Virus record (IMG/VR): IMGVR_UViG_3300047476_000267
Span: 1 to 55,459 of that record
DNA length: 55,459 nucleotides
Reading direction: 5' to 3' (one strand)
From: a virus
Lineage: Duplodnaviria; Caudoviricetes
A program made the position numbers and the translations under genes. Of this stretch, positions 21,301 to 29,918 are shown in pieces. Within the stretch, counting starts at the first letter, position 1. Each line of letters starts with the position of its first letter. Below the pieces are notes generated by a model. That model saw only the letters and a list, made by a program, of their open reading frames with translations. It was not told where the DNA came from and did not search any database.

Positions 21301-24300
21301 TCAGATGATGGCTGACATCCCAGCGGAGATGCGCCCAGCTGCGGTATTGCTCAAGAAGATGGCATCTCTGAACGCCAACACTACGGCATCCCGTAAGTCT
21401 GCGGTGACAGCTGAGGGCGTGGTCGACTTTATGAATGACTACGGCGGTCAAGTAGCCCAAGAGTATCTACGGGATAACCCAGAGATTCACGAGGCGCTTG
21501 GCGGTGACAAGATGCTGGCGATTGCTGAGGACACCAACGAAGCCCTAGAAGCCGACATTCGCAGATTCACTGGCTACATTCCTATACTTCCGCTTGCCCA
21601 ACAGGAAGAAGTCTATGCTGACCTGATTGATCGCTACAACGAGTTGCTTGAGCGTGAGAACAGCATGGGCACGAATAAGCTCGAAGCCAAGGCAGTAGAC
21701 CTTGATGCTGAAACTCTGTCGATTGAGCCAATCAGCGAAGACAAAGGCGAGGACTCAATCTTCTCTGCACCAGCGTTTATGGAGCGTGTAGACGTCAAAC
21801 GCACTGTTAAGCCATATAGCAGCCAAGAAGTTAATCAGATGATTACTGAGAATCTTGGCGGTAAGACAAATGGCGTTCTTGCTAGAGAGATGATCTCTGA
21901 GTTTGATGAGCGTGAGACCAAGTTCGCTAGAGAAAGACTGGCAGCGCTCAGAGAGAAAGAGACCGATCAAGTCAAGATCGAGACCCAGCAGTCGCAACAG
22001 CGCTTACTGGCTGACAAGATCCGTTCTGTCTTGCAGAATCTCAAGATTGGCATGCCTGTCACCATCAAAGACAAGAACGGCATGTATGTATTCGGTGTCA
22101 TTACCGATATTAAAAACACCAAGCGCACAGTCAATCCAGCCTCTGGCTCCGACTGGAAGATGACTCTGGCTATTGCCAACGGTGATTCCAGAAGCCTGAC
22201 CCTGAACTTCTCGCAGATCGGCACGAACTACACCCTTGAGGAGTCGACTGAGGTTAACTACCTGAACCCAGAGACCCAGCAAGGCGAGTGGACTAAGATC
22301 ATCGACATCTTTGACAAGGGCGCAACAGTACGGCGTGAGAAGCGCTGGATGATTACTGGCAACATCTTGGCTGGCTTTGCCCAGTATCCAGGACAGATCC
22401 TCAGCTACACCAAGAACGATGGCACTACTGGTCAGGGCATCCTATTGCCCCGCCAGTTCAATTTTGAGGAAGAGAAGAAACGGGCTGATGTCCGTCTCAA
22501 GACCCCAGATGACATGCTCAAGTTCCTTGATGAGCTCAACGGCACGATAGCCAGCGATGACAATATCCTACGCATTACCAAGCGTGGCGATACCTACATG
22601 GTCTCTGTGCCGTCTAACAAGCGTTCTGGTGGCGAATACTTCCTAGATGAGAATCTTAAGTCAATCCTAGGCAAGGACTTCTACAAGCGTGGCTCGGATA
22701 TGATTAACTACACCCGCAGCCCACAAGAGTTCAAAGAAGCCATGGACTACTTGATGAAGGAGAAGGAGCAGTTCTTCAAGGCAATTACCCGCCAAGACGA
22801 AGCTCGTAAGATGTTTGGACCCAAAGAGGTTCAAGACATCGCTGGCGTTACCCAAAAGCGTGTGGATACCCGTAAGGATGAGATCCGTGCCGAGCAGATC
22901 AAAGAACAGGCTCGCCTAAGCCGTGCGATTACCGCCAAGCTCAAGAAGGTTATTGAGGGTAATGTAGACCTCAATATCCAGCGTGATCTGACTTATCTCA
23001 AGAAAGCCAAAGAAGATATGAAGGCAGAGCTGGCTAAGACCAAGCCAGCCCGTGTATCGCCACAGTGGATTCGCACCAGAGCATCGGCAGAGAACGCTGC
23101 TGGCAATCTATCTGATGAGGCATACCAAGTTGTAGAGATGCTGGCTAATCGTTTCCCAGGAGTTCTGGATGGACTGAGACTATCTGTCCGCACAACCAAG
23201 GGCGAGGCCACTGGTAACTTTAATCCCATGAATCGGTTGATTACTGTATTCAAGGAAGGCGCTACCCAAGACCGCACCATGCGCCATGAGATTGCTCATT
23301 CGTTAGAGCAGATGATGACCCCAGAGGCTCAGATGGCTGTGGTCGAGGCATGGGGTAATGCTCTATCTAAAGCGATTGAGGACAACACCGACAAGGTATC
23401 TCAGGACTATTTCAATGCCGTGCTGGATTACATCAACAATCCAACCGCTGAGACCCAGAAGAAGGCTACTGATCTGATGCCAGATTACAGCTTCTACCAG
23501 TATCTCAACCCATCGGAATATTGGGCAGTCAACGCTGAGCCATTAATGAAGGCATCGCTAGGCAGCGCATGGCAGCGCTTTACCAAGGCAGTCAGCAAGA
23601 TCCTAGAGGCTATCAAGTCTGTGATTGGCTTAAACAACAAGTATGCTGTGCATCGTGAGTTTGACCGCATCATGTCTGGCAAGCAAGACCGCATGACCCG
23701 TAAGATGTTGGTCGAGTACGTAACCGACAACGCCGATGCCTTGAAGTTCCTCAATAACGTAGAGGACTTTGATAAGCGCTTTGAGGAAGATGGACTAAAC
23801 CACACCCCAGTCAAGCCAAGCCGTAACGTTAAAGACATGCTGCTCGGTGGATTCCGTGGTGCAAAACAGATCTACAACGACACTCTAAACTCGCCTCTCA
23901 TGGCAGCTCAGGCGATGGGTGGCAAGATTGCCCGTGCCGTAACTTATGCCCGTAATAAGAACATCTGGTTTGGTGCTGGTTTGGAGATGGCTGATCTGGC
24001 GATGCAGAAAGCCAAAGGATTAGATGGTTTACTGCGTGATGGAGAGATGCGTGCTGTTGCCTCGATTGCAGTCACCAACGCCTTGCATGCTGGTCACGTA
24101 GCCTCTGAGGTCATTATCCGTGGCGCACTGGCGTTTAACGAGAAGACCCAGATGTTCCAAGCCATTAGACGCCCATTCTCGATGGCTAACGTATTGCTGG
24201 CTAAGCATGACTTGATTGAGCGTGTAGGCTTGCAACGGGCTACTGACATGGTCAACACCTTCTTTGAAGCCAAGCGTTCTAAGAGCATCATGGATGAGTT

Positions 24301-26566
24301 CAAGGCTCGTGAACAGGAGCTGAATGATCTAAACGCTGAGATGCGTGATCCAAGGACTATGCCACAGCGTCAAGCCGCCTTGCTCGATGAGATCCTACAA
24401 GCCGAGAAGGGCTTGCGGATGATTAACATCGCCAAGAAGAAGGTGCGCTTTACCGAAGACCAGATCGACTTCTACGGCAACCTTGAGAAAGACAACAAAG
24501 AGTTGCGCACCATGCTCGATAACTGGACTAAGGTCAACGACAACATGATCGACATGATGTTGTTTAGCAAGATCATTAGCAAGAAGCGTGCAGAGCAGCT
24601 CAAGAAAATCAAGGACTATGTGCCCTGGTATCGCATCAAGGATGACATGGAAGACGTGCATACCGACTCCAAGCTGGGTGGTGTTAAGCGCCTAACCAAT
24701 GTCGGCAAAGAGAAACGCTTTGAGGATACGGTAGTCGTTCAGGACATTGACGATATCGTGGATAACATGCTCCACAACGTAGGCATGATTACTCGTAACT
24801 CCATGCGTAACTACGCCGCCAACCGTGTAGCTCAGGAGTATGCAACCCGCAACAGCCGTGGTCAGATCCGTGTATTCCCAGAAGAGGGTCGCACGCCAGA
24901 TGGCGCAGTACGTACCAACATCCTCGTCAATGGTCGCAGAATCATTGTTGAGATCAAAGATCCGCTAATCGCTGAGGCAGTGTTGGGCATGGAGAACATC
25001 AACATGCCAGCTTTAGAGATGCTCAGCATGCTGGCTAACGGCTTGCGTAGGGGTGTTACCACATGGCCTACCTTCCAGATTCGCCAGTTGTTTATGGATG
25101 CGCCAACCGCAGCCTTGGTCACTGGGTTGAAAGACCCAACCAAAGTCTGGGCTGGCACGTTCCGTGGCTTTATCAAGGCTCTCCAATCGGATGATCCTGT
25201 GGTCGATATGCTCAAGTCCTACGGTATTGGTGGCTATCAGTCTTACACCAGAACCCCAGAGATCGAATACAAGAAGCAGATCGGCTTATTGGAAAAGAAC
25301 AAGTTTGATTCTCTGATGGCTTTCTTGGATAAGGTTGGTGACTCCTCAGACTACGCTCAGCGTATCTCGATCTACAACCGCACCCTGAAAGAGACTGGCG
25401 ATGAGATGCTGGCGATTATGAACGCCAACAATGTGATCGACTTCCTTAAGCGTGGTAGCGCAAGGCACGCCCAGTTCTTGACCAAGACTGTATCGTTTAT
25501 GAACGCCTACGCCCAGCAGCTTGATGTCCTGGTGATGGCTCTTATGGGTAAGCGTATGCTCGGCAAGTCTCGTCAGGCAGCCTTAGCGCAGTTGGCTAAG
25601 ACCGCAGCGACCTTTGGAACTTATGTATTGCTGTATAGCTGGATGGTTGGTGACGATGACGAATACCAGCAGTTGGATGACCAGACCAAAGTCCGCAACA
25701 TCTTTTTATCGAAGAACTGGACTGGCTTGGATCAGAACATCCTACTGCCAATGCACACCTCTGCCAGCTTTATGTTCAAGTCCATCCCTGAGTTGACCTA
25801 TAACTACATCGTCAATAAAGGTACGGACAATGAGATGGATGCCAAGCGCCTACGCACCGCCCTGTCTGAGGCTGCGATGGATTCCTTGCTTGGTCCAAAC
25901 CCAGTGCCTACTGGTGTCAAGCCAGCCATTGAGATCATCCTCAACAAGAACTTCTTTACGGGCAGCACAGTCGTACCCCGTGGCATGGAAGACTTGGATG
26001 CAGCCGAGCAATACACTGCTACGACATCCGAGTTCGGTAAGGTTCTCAGTGCCTTGACTGGATTGCCGTTCACAGACAAGCGGGTATTAAACCCAATCGA
26101 GGCAGATCACTTGGTTCGGGGTATGTTTGGAACCACAGGATCCGCAGTCCAGTGGCTATCTAACCTATTCTCAGAAGACCGCCCAGCACCACGGGCTAAG
26201 GACAATCCACTGTATGGCTCATTCATTACGGCTGATGTACCCCGTGGTCGTGAGGATCTGTTCTATGACTTCAAGGGCATCGTAGATAACCGCTACGAAA
26301 CCTTTATGAAGCTCTTGGAGCGTGGCAAGGATAAACAGGCTGATGAGTACTACGACAAGTACAGCGACCTGATTGCCTCCCGTGATTACGTAGTGGGCAT
26401 GGAAGCTGCGCTACGGGATATCAACCGCCAGATTAGAAACATTGGTGAGATCAAGGACAAGGACTTCACGCCTGAGCAGCGCAGACAGGAGATCACGGAC
26501 TTACAGCGCCAGAAGAACGATATCTTGGATGGCATTATCCAGATGCGTTTAGACGCTGGACTGTAA
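15320..26566 (+). CDS. Giant polyvalent ejection protein (DarB-like): N6-adenine methyltransferase + Strawberry-notch SF2 helicase + zincin + LPD38-like C-terminus
   Basis: YSTPAPLA/EPTAGNG/IANPPF (about 18280-18540); DQTGIGKGR, FDESH, SSATYA, GSTGLSLHA, QMLGRVHRTGQ (about 19600-21280); HEIAH...EYW (about 23285-23525). Confidence 0.85.
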   Translation: MATKPENVNPFAKYVEQSGEEAPPENPFAKYLQPEEPSQLLDPAKMIAAGAIGPTAAIPLGLESSVRNIPRQVVEQQAVTPVEKVGPLTFAEELVRKGPAQLLVNTARAFIKNATGESFEKQQERQKQDEIAVDRAISNLPRVPGLSQLAEAGEKVSGKLRESVSTAGKQAIADSQIEGNLLEAIQNQNIDNLSFGKNPSFMGYALQGSQVLGSLAPIIGTAIMTKGSSKAVGTVGFGMGAGEAVQDAQQYISKLSDEELMANSPYFKKMVEDGVNPAEARKVVTDKAAEYAAQLQGSVSAFGSVITGKLITGQFDKLMTGPVKNRLGRIALGTTAGAAEEGTQEFLEGIAKDLGINKSVIKEIGEESFANFVLGAIGGAGPGAYRGAVAKTKEEAEAAAKKPTREQVDAQMRLALGEEGVPPAVPPAAVTPPITPAPTPAEPAAEPALEEEIVQPTPRAVAPTPMLLQTAGLPPQVADQVQNLESQFQLIEQRKLDPNLTNEEAEIFQERQNLIQQQIAQLIQAPAPEIQAPAIAEAPPIDEELLADIQERGEPIESRMDAEQRLSNGEQIYAFPEQDEGRPTPITSVDQLAAYTPDQMMALPSVAPVAEEVVREPEVAAPPVEEAAPTEAPALTQAEINQQRQAERRAAAEAGTKPLPEEPEAMLKRQKGYEEARAKYAADMDPMFVYKALELADRDLEMREEALPELRKMEEMGLIKIKKGKRKSFYLGQGAKEAGLTNELSFSGYQDVVNYLSAKPKTIVELPKKEEAPAIKVTPNKIFTEDAATKARNRLRSKLNQLNSGIDPEFLIDGVTLSGYHIEKGARTFAAYAKAMIADLGDKVRPYLKSWYMAVKFDPRSAEFSKEMDDEATVDKYKDEETTSIADPDVKFKVAEDISKYFLADGSFKDIVEARKFISNITKQKIEPGTAEAKEADEAIEVGVVLAARKIAARNKPADQIYDDLVDLYNRQPNLSVRSSTSIKEQAYSTPAPLAYVASQLADINKDTTVYEPTAGNGMLLINANPKNVIANELNGTRLEMLKRVLPGAEVVNKNALSFDPTLSDRVIANPPFGAIGEEVTVAGNKTREIDHAIAYKALGRMPVNGRAVLIVGGVLGDSNEKRVDGYRSAQKRNFYFNLYKKYNVVDHFSVAGDMYKKQGAAYPVDVIVIAGKGGESIDLPAANLPKVYSSYEQLKEKLDEASRMVSRGAERPARADIGEAAVGEGEPQAVGRGAVRPSEPAGAERARPERGEPTGVSAARPTPRGQPSGARAEPRAEQPKPTDVSERGRVEGKPVPRGEGEQPAGRRGAEERRPSELGGISVVSGERVKSGLVERRGEEVETEQQATYEPKSQATSVGTLVPRAMRDSIEQSLQKVENEMGNLDEYVADNLGMDLETLREDFSAEQVDALALAIRNAEAGKGFIIGDQTGIGKGRVVAAMIKFAIKNGKIPIFVTEKPNLYSDMIRDLDDIGMTKELALDTNRPKVFITNGGESIPYQLLRKKGDEVEEINLTLKAPKSGKALDGMMEEMRNKDSIGDYKVIFTTYSQLQNVKGKDTERQKFISNFGMDNYMIFDESHNAGGGGETQARTKDQREAAKKGESLSTGRAGFVRNLVRNAFGTFFSSATYAKRPDVMDLYSSTNMMLAVDKPAELAEAIKRGGVPMQQIVATMLTKDGQYIRRERTFAGVAYNTVDTAVDKQTAENMATAMREILSFSRSKDIVLKQMQKQFDKEAKMVSEVGGEKTTVQGANFGSVMHNLIDQMLLSLKAKDSVNHAINRLKAGEKVVMTVSNTMGSFLQSYAEDMGIEVGGKVDLSFADLYVRYLDKQLMITIKSPDGTKKQRKLTPDELGPTLMARYNQIRQQIENSGFGSAPISPIDYMHNELRKAGYKTDEITGRTITLNYATGEPILTSRSANIRQRVNAVRGFNSGDTDVIILNQAGSTGLSLHASNKVKDQRKRHMLIVQPEKNIDTHMQMLGRVHRTGQVVTPSYSQMMADIPAEMRPAAVLLKKMASLNANTTASRKSAVTAEGVVDFMNDYGGQVAQEYLRDNPEIHEALGGDKMLAIAEDTNEALEADIRRFTGYIPILPLAQQEEVYADLIDRYNELLERENSMGTNKLEAKAVDLDAETLSIEPISEDKGEDSIFSAPAFMERVDVKRTVKPYSSQEVNQMITENLGGKTNGVLAREMISEFDERETKFARERLAALREKETDQVKIETQQSQQRLLADKIRSVLQNLKIGMPVTIKDKNGMYVFGVITDIKNTKRTVNPASGSDWKMTLAIANGDSRSLTLNFSQIGTNYTLEESTEVNYLNPETQQGEWTKIIDIFDKGATVRREKRWMITGNILAGFAQYPGQILSYTKNDGTTGQGILLPRQFNFEEEKKRADVRLKTPDDMLKFLDELNGTIASDDNILRITKRGDTYMVSVPSNKRSGGEYFLDENLKSILGKDFYKRGSDMINYTRSPQEFKEAMDYLMKEKEQFFKAITRQDEARKMFGPKEVQDIAGVTQKRVDTRKDEIRAEQIKEQARLSRAITAKLKKVIEGNVDLNIQRDLTYLKKAKEDMKAELAKTKPARVSPQWIRTRASAENAAGNLSDEAYQVVEMLANRFPGVLDGLRLSVRTTKGEATGNFNPMNRLITVFKEGATQDRTMRHEIAHSLEQMMTPEAQMAVVEAWGNALSKAIEDNTDKVSQDYFNAVLDYINNPTAETQKKATDLMPDYSFYQYLNPSEYWAVNAEPLMKASLGSAWQRFTKAVSKILEAIKSVIGLNNKYAVHREFDRIMSGKQDRMTRKMLVEYVTDNADALKFLNNVEDFDKRFEEDGLNHTPVKPSRNVKDMLLGGFRGAKQIYNDTLNSPLMAAQAMGGKIARAVTYARNKNIWFGAGLEMADLAMQKAKGLDGLLRDGEMRAVASIAVTNALHAGHVASEVIIRGALAFNEKTQMFQAIRRPFSMANVLLAKHDLIERVGLQRATDMVNTFFEAKRSKSIMDEFKAREQELNDLNAEMRDPRTMPQRQAALLDEILQAEKGLRMINIAKKKVRFTEDQIDFYGNLEKDNKELRTMLDNWTKVNDNMIDMMLFSKIISKKRAEQLKKIKDYVPWYRIKDDMEDVHTDSKLGGVKRLTNVGKEKRFEDTVVVQDIDDIVDNMLHNVGMITRNSMRNYAANRVAQEYATRNSRGQIRVFPEEGRTPDGAVRTNILVNGRRIIVEIKDPLIAEAVLGMENINMPALEMLSMLANGLRRGVTTWPTFQIRQLFMDAPTAALVTGLKDPTKVWAGTFRGFIKALQSDDPVVDMLKSYGIGGYQSYTRTPEIEYKKQIGLLEKNKFDSLMAFLDKVGDSSDYAQRISIYNRTLKETGDEMLAIMNANNVIDFLKRGSARHAQFLTKTVSFMNAYAQQLDVLVMALMGKRMLGKSRQAALAQLAKTAATFGTYVLLYSWMVGDDDEYQQLDDQTKVRNIFLSKNWTGLDQNILLPMHTSASFMFKSIPELTYNYIVNKGTDNEMDAKRLRTALSEAAMDSLLGPNPVPTGVKPAIEIILNKNFFTGSTVVPRGMEDLDAAEQYTATTSEFGKVLSALTGLPFTDKRVLNPIEADHLVRGMFGTTGSAVQWLSNLFSEDRPAPRAKDNPLYGSFITADVPRGREDLFYDFKGIVDNRYETFMKLLERGKDKQADEYYDKYSDLIASRDYVVGMEAALRDINRQIRNIGEIKDKDFTPEQRRQEITDLQRQKNDILDGIIQMRLDAGL

Positions 26567-26632
26567 AAAAAGGGGGGTGTTCTAAGCCCCCCAAAACGTG
26601 AAGAAGCCACATTGCTGCGGCATCTTCATTTT
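26565..26632. terminator. Convergent terminator pair between the giant gene and rusA
   Basis: GGGGGG/CCCCCC stem with U-run on the minus strand; TGAAGA-AGCC/GGC-ATCTTCA stem followed by TTTT on the plus strand. Confidence 0.65.
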
Positions 26633-26978
26633 AAATCGGGATGATGATAATTGTGCATGCTCCACCCTTCACCACGTCACGCCTGGTGATATGAAGCTCA
26701 TCAATCTGGGAGTCGTTTTCGTAACAGCCAGCATGCTCACAGGCATCTAGCAAAGACTTCAATACGTTGTCCACGTCACGCTTTCTCCTATCGGGTGGGA
26801 ATAGGGCTATATGGACAGCCAATCGCCCTTCCAAGGCGCTAAAACCAGCCTCATTGACCGCATCCATGACTTGAGCACGGAACTCTTTGCCCTTCTTGCC
26901 AATGAAGCGATGGTTGCCAGCCTGACCCCAGTAGTGGTTCACGCTTGGTGGATAAGGTAACTCAAGTTGTATGTGCAT
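26631..26978 (-). CDS. rusA: RusA-family Holliday junction resolvase
   Basis: LPYPPSVNHYW, PPDRRKRDVDNVLKSLLDA, NDSQID. Confidence 0.93.
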   Translation of the reverse strand: MHIQLELPYPPSVNHYWGQAGNHRFIGKKGKEFRAQVMDAVNEAGFSALEGRLAVHIALFPPDRRKRDVDNVLKSLLDACEHAGCYENDSQIDELHITRRDVVKGGACTIIIIPI

Positions 26979-26996
26979 TTAGGTACTTTCCCTTAG

Positions 26997-27019
26997 TCAC
27001 CTGTTCAGTGAACAGGTGA
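26997..27019. promoter_or_regulatory. Perfect 11-bp inverted repeat (operator-like)
   Basis: TCACCTGTTCA-G-TGAACAGGTGA in a divergent intergenic region; near copy at 48631-48656. Confidence 0.6.
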
Positions 27020-27054
27020 GAATATAGTAGGTGAATTAATATAGGTATGACCTA

Positions 27055-27083
27055 TTGACATAGGATAAACTATAAGCCACAAT
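27055..27083 (+). promoter_or_regulatory. Sigma70-type promoter of the rightward middle operon
   Basis: TTGACA-17 bp-CACAAT; the -35 overlaps short ATAGG/CCTAT palindromes. Confidence 0.65.
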
Positions 27084-27112
27084 CAAGTCTAGTGTAATTG
27101 CTAGGAGAAAAA

Positions 27113-27340
27113 ATGAAAACTGTTCCATACACCACCAAGACTGGTATTCAGATTGGTTGCCGATACAACGAATCCCCAAAACCCATGCCTATCGATGATG
27201 AGGACATGCTCTATATCCAAAGCCTGTTTATTCATTCACCAGAGTGGCATCGTCAGCGTAATGCTGAGCGCCTTACTGTGATTGTGTGCACTGCCTTTGT
27301 GGTTGCTATCTGCACTGCTTTCTTGATGGCAAGCAAATGA
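27113..27340 (+). CDS. Hypothetical protein with C-terminal TM
   Basis: TGCTAGGAGA RBS before ATG 27113; PYTTKTGIQIG motif. Confidence 0.65.
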   Translation: MKTVPYTTKTGIQIGCRYNESPKPMPIDDEDMLYIQSLFIHSPEWHRQRNAERLTVIVCTAFVVAICTAFLMASK

Positions 27341-27579
27341 AAGCATTTCCACATATAGCTAAAGTTCATATGCTTGATGGCAATAGCATTATTAAAGAAG
27401 AAATAACAAGCGGTGGCATGGATTTGCGGGATTACTTTGCAGCCAAAGCAACAGAACAAGACATACAACCATTTTTATGGGAATCAGTAGGTCCTCGCTC
27501 AGCAGTGCAAACCTGTACAAGGGAAGAAGCAAAGTACAAATACGCAGATGCCATGATAAAAGCGAGGGAGGCCAAATGA
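27337..27579 (+). CDS. Hypothetical protein (GMDLRDYFAAKA family)
   Basis: Recurrent phage motif GMDLRDYFAAKA...YADAMIKARE; ATGA overlaps. Confidence 0.7.
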   Translation: MKAFPHIAKVHMLDGNSIIKEEITSGGMDLRDYFAAKATEQDIQPFLWESVGPRSAVQTCTREEAKYKYADAMIKAREAK

Positions 27580-27737
27580 GAAAGGGCTGGAAGACTCGTA
27601 TTGACGAGCGCAGATACTTTGAGAACAAGAAACAAGAACGTGACGAAAAGGCTGCTTTCTTTCGTATGGTGCGTGAGCAGATGTATCAACACATGCAGAT
27701 AGAACTAGCAACAAGGGGCAAACATGAAATTAACTAA
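27576..27737 (+). CDS. Hypothetical protein
   Basis: GGGAGG RBS, ATGA overlap. Confidence 0.55.
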   Translation: MRKGWKTRIDERRYFENKKQERDEKAAFFRMVREQMYQHMQIELATRGKHEIN

Positions 27738-28602
27738 TACTTTTGGCATCCCACAGACATTCATCAATGTCTTGGAGCGCCCTACCTACAACAAAGGCAA
27801 GGCTCATCTATCGGCTACGCAACTGCTCAACAGCCCTAAGATTGTGGCTCTGACTCGCAAGTTCGAGGATGAGATCGAGCAAGATGCCTCAGACATGGTT
27901 TGGTCAGTGGTCGGCTCTGCGATCCATAACTTCCTAGAACAGGGCAAGGATGAGAACCACATTGTCGAGCAACGTATCCATGTCGAGCATGATGGTTGGC
28001 ATGTGACTGGGGCTATTGACCTACAGGAAGTTACACCCGAAGGCATCCATGTCAAGGACTATAAGTTCACATCCGTATGGGCTGCCATGAACGAGAAGCC
28101 TGAGTGGGAGAACCAGTTAAACATCTACGCATGGCTAGTCGAAAAGGTTAAGAAAGTGCCTGTACAGTCAGTCACCATCGTTGCCATGTTGCGTGATTGG
28201 AGCAGACGAGATCGTGAGAAAGAGGGTTATCCAAAGGCTCCGATCCTAGAGATCCCGATGAAGCTATGGACTATGGAAGAGCGTGAGGCCTATGTAGCCA
28301 AGCGTATCTCTTTGCATAGCGCCTGTGAGTTTGCTATCGAAACCGATGGCGATCTACCAAACTGCACCCCCGAAGAGATGTGGGAAAAGCCCACTGTATG
28401 GGCGGTAAAGAAGAAAGGAAATATCAGGGCTAAGGCTCTGTATGAATCAGAAGCCCTTGCAACAACTGCGTTAGAACAGTATGGCAAGGACTATGAGATC
28501 GAGGTGCGTGAGGGCGAGCGTACTCGGTGTGCCAACTTTTGCCCAGTCTCCCAATACTGCCAACAGTATCGGGATTATTTATCTACTAAGGAGAAGCTAT
28601 GA
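27724..28602 (+). CDS. PD-(D/E)XK exonuclease (Cas4/RecE-like)
   Basis: LSATQL, GSAIH, TGAID, DYK, QLNIY, terminal RCANFCPVSQYC. Confidence 0.8.
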   Translation: MKLTNTFGIPQTFINVLERPTYNKGKAHLSATQLLNSPKIVALTRKFEDEIEQDASDMVWSVVGSAIHNFLEQGKDENHIVEQRIHVEHDGWHVTGAIDLQEVTPEGIHVKDYKFTSVWAAMNEKPEWENQLNIYAWLVEKVKKVPVQSVTIVAMLRDWSRRDREKEGYPKAPILEIPMKLWTMEEREAYVAKRISLHSACEFAIETDGDLPNCTPEEMWEKPTVWAVKKKGNIRAKALYESEALATTALEQYGKDYEIEVREGERTRCANFCPVSQYCQQYRDYLSTKEKL

Positions 28603-28742
28603 AGAAGCTAATTGCTGTGGCGTTTATCGCCATGATGTCCACTGGTGTTATGGCTCAGGTCAAATGTCAGCCTGATGGTCGTGGCGGTATGTGTTGTTGG
28701 GATATTTCTAAGGATGGTCCTTGGAAACCAATCGGTTGTTAA
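28599..28742 (+). CDS. Small secreted Cys-rich protein (not in ORF track)
   Basis: AAGGAG RBS; MKKLIAVAFIAMMSTGVMA signal-like peptide, then four Cys. Confidence 0.6.
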   Translation: MKKLIAVAFIAMMSTGVMAQVKCQPDGRGGMCCWDISKDGPWKPIGC

Positions 28743-28755
28743 TTAAGGAGTCACT

Positions 28756-29451
28756 ATGAGTGTGTACAAAAAACTGCAACAAGCTAGGATGTTGCTACAA
28801 AATACCAAGTTATCGAAGTCTGGCAAGAACAAGTTTGCTGGCTATGAGTACTTTGAGTTAGGCGATTTTCTTCCAGCGATTCAGAAGATCTGCAACGATG
28901 TGGGGCTGTGCGGTGTCGTGTCCTTTAATCAGGACATGGCTTACCTACAAATCAATGATGTAGAGGATGGAACATCCATTATGTTCACATCCCCAATGTC
29001 TTCTGCCTCTCTCAAGGGTTGCCATGATGTGCAGAACCTTGGTGCGGTGCAGACCTATCTGCGTAGATACCTTTGGACTAATGCCTTTGAGATCGTAGAG
29101 CACGATGCCTTGGATGCAACCATGGGCGCATCAGAGCCAGTCAAGAGGGCAGAACCAAAGCCTGAGCCAAAGCCAGTAGCCAAGCCCAAGCCTATCGTAG
29201 GTCAGGCGGGTGAGTGGCAGATCCAAGCACCAGGAAAGCCCGATGGCGATGTACAAAACTGGCTAGACCTTATCCAAATCACAGCCCATCAACTGCTCGA
29301 TCTCACCGAGAATGAGGAAGATGTCATGCTGATTTTCAAGAAGAACAAGGTGCTATTCGATACCGTCAAGGCTACCGATGCCGACTTCTTCAAAGGAATG
29401 ATGGGCAAGTTCACTGCTAAGAAAAACGAATTTACTAAGGAGGAAGCGTAA
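28756..29451 (+). CDS. ERF-family ssDNA annealing protein
   Basis: KSGKNKFAGYEYFELGDF, QNLGAVQTYLRRYL. Confidence 0.85.
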   Translation: MSVYKKLQQARMLLQNTKLSKSGKNKFAGYEYFELGDFLPAIQKICNDVGLCGVVSFNQDMAYLQINDVEDGTSIMFTSPMSSASLKGCHDVQNLGAVQTYLRRYLWTNAFEIVEHDALDATMGASEPVKRAEPKPEPKPVAKPKPIVGQAGEWQIQAPGKPDGDVQNWLDLIQITAHQLLDLTENEEDVMLIFKKNKVLFDTVKATDADFFKGMMGKFTAKKNEFTKEEA

Positions 29452-29666
29452 TGGCATTTGTACCCAAAGAGAAAAACGGCAGTCTCTTCAAGAACAAGAA
29501 GAAGACTTCTGAGAACCATCCTGATTACACAGGATCAATCATGCTCGATGGCAAGGAGCGTTGGCTATCTGCATGGCTAAAGGACTACAAGGATGGAAAG
29601 TTCCTTAGCGTATCCATAGGCGAGGTAAAAGAAGCCAAGCCACAAGACAACGACTTACCCTACTAG
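29451..29666 (+). CDS. Small putative ssDNA-binding protein
   Basis: GSLFKN, HPDYTG, WLSAW, acidic DNDLPY tail. Confidence 0.65.
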   Translation: MAFVPKEKNGSLFKNKKKTSENHPDYTGSIMLDGKERWLSAWLKDYKDGKFLSVSIGEVKEAKPQDNDLPY

Positions 29667-29675
29667 GAGCCCAAC

Positions 29676-29918
29676 ATGGGAAGAACTAAAAAGATATACA
29701 CCTTTGATGAACTTAATTCTGAGGCAGAACGTATCGATCAGGCGCAGCGTGTTGCTAAAAGCGTCAGAGAACTTATGAACCGACCAACGCATGAGGCTTT
29801 ACAGGACACCATTGATGGAAAAGACCTAGAGATCCTTGAACTCAAGCACCAGATTGTTGGTTACAAAGCGGTGATCTCTTACCTTGAACACCAACTGGGA
29901 CTTGGAAAGAGCCAATGA
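29676..29918 (+). CDS. Hypothetical protein
   Basis: CTAGGAG RBS; coupled ORF. Confidence 0.55.
   Translation: MGRTKKIYTFDELNSEAERIDQAQRVAKSVRELMNRPTHEALQDTIDGKDLEILELKHQIVGYKAVISYLEHQLGLGKSQ

Noticed and set aside
27724-28602. CRISPR-associated cas4
   Set aside because: Solo PD-(D/E)XK exonuclease beside ERF and SSB-like genes, a standard recombination module
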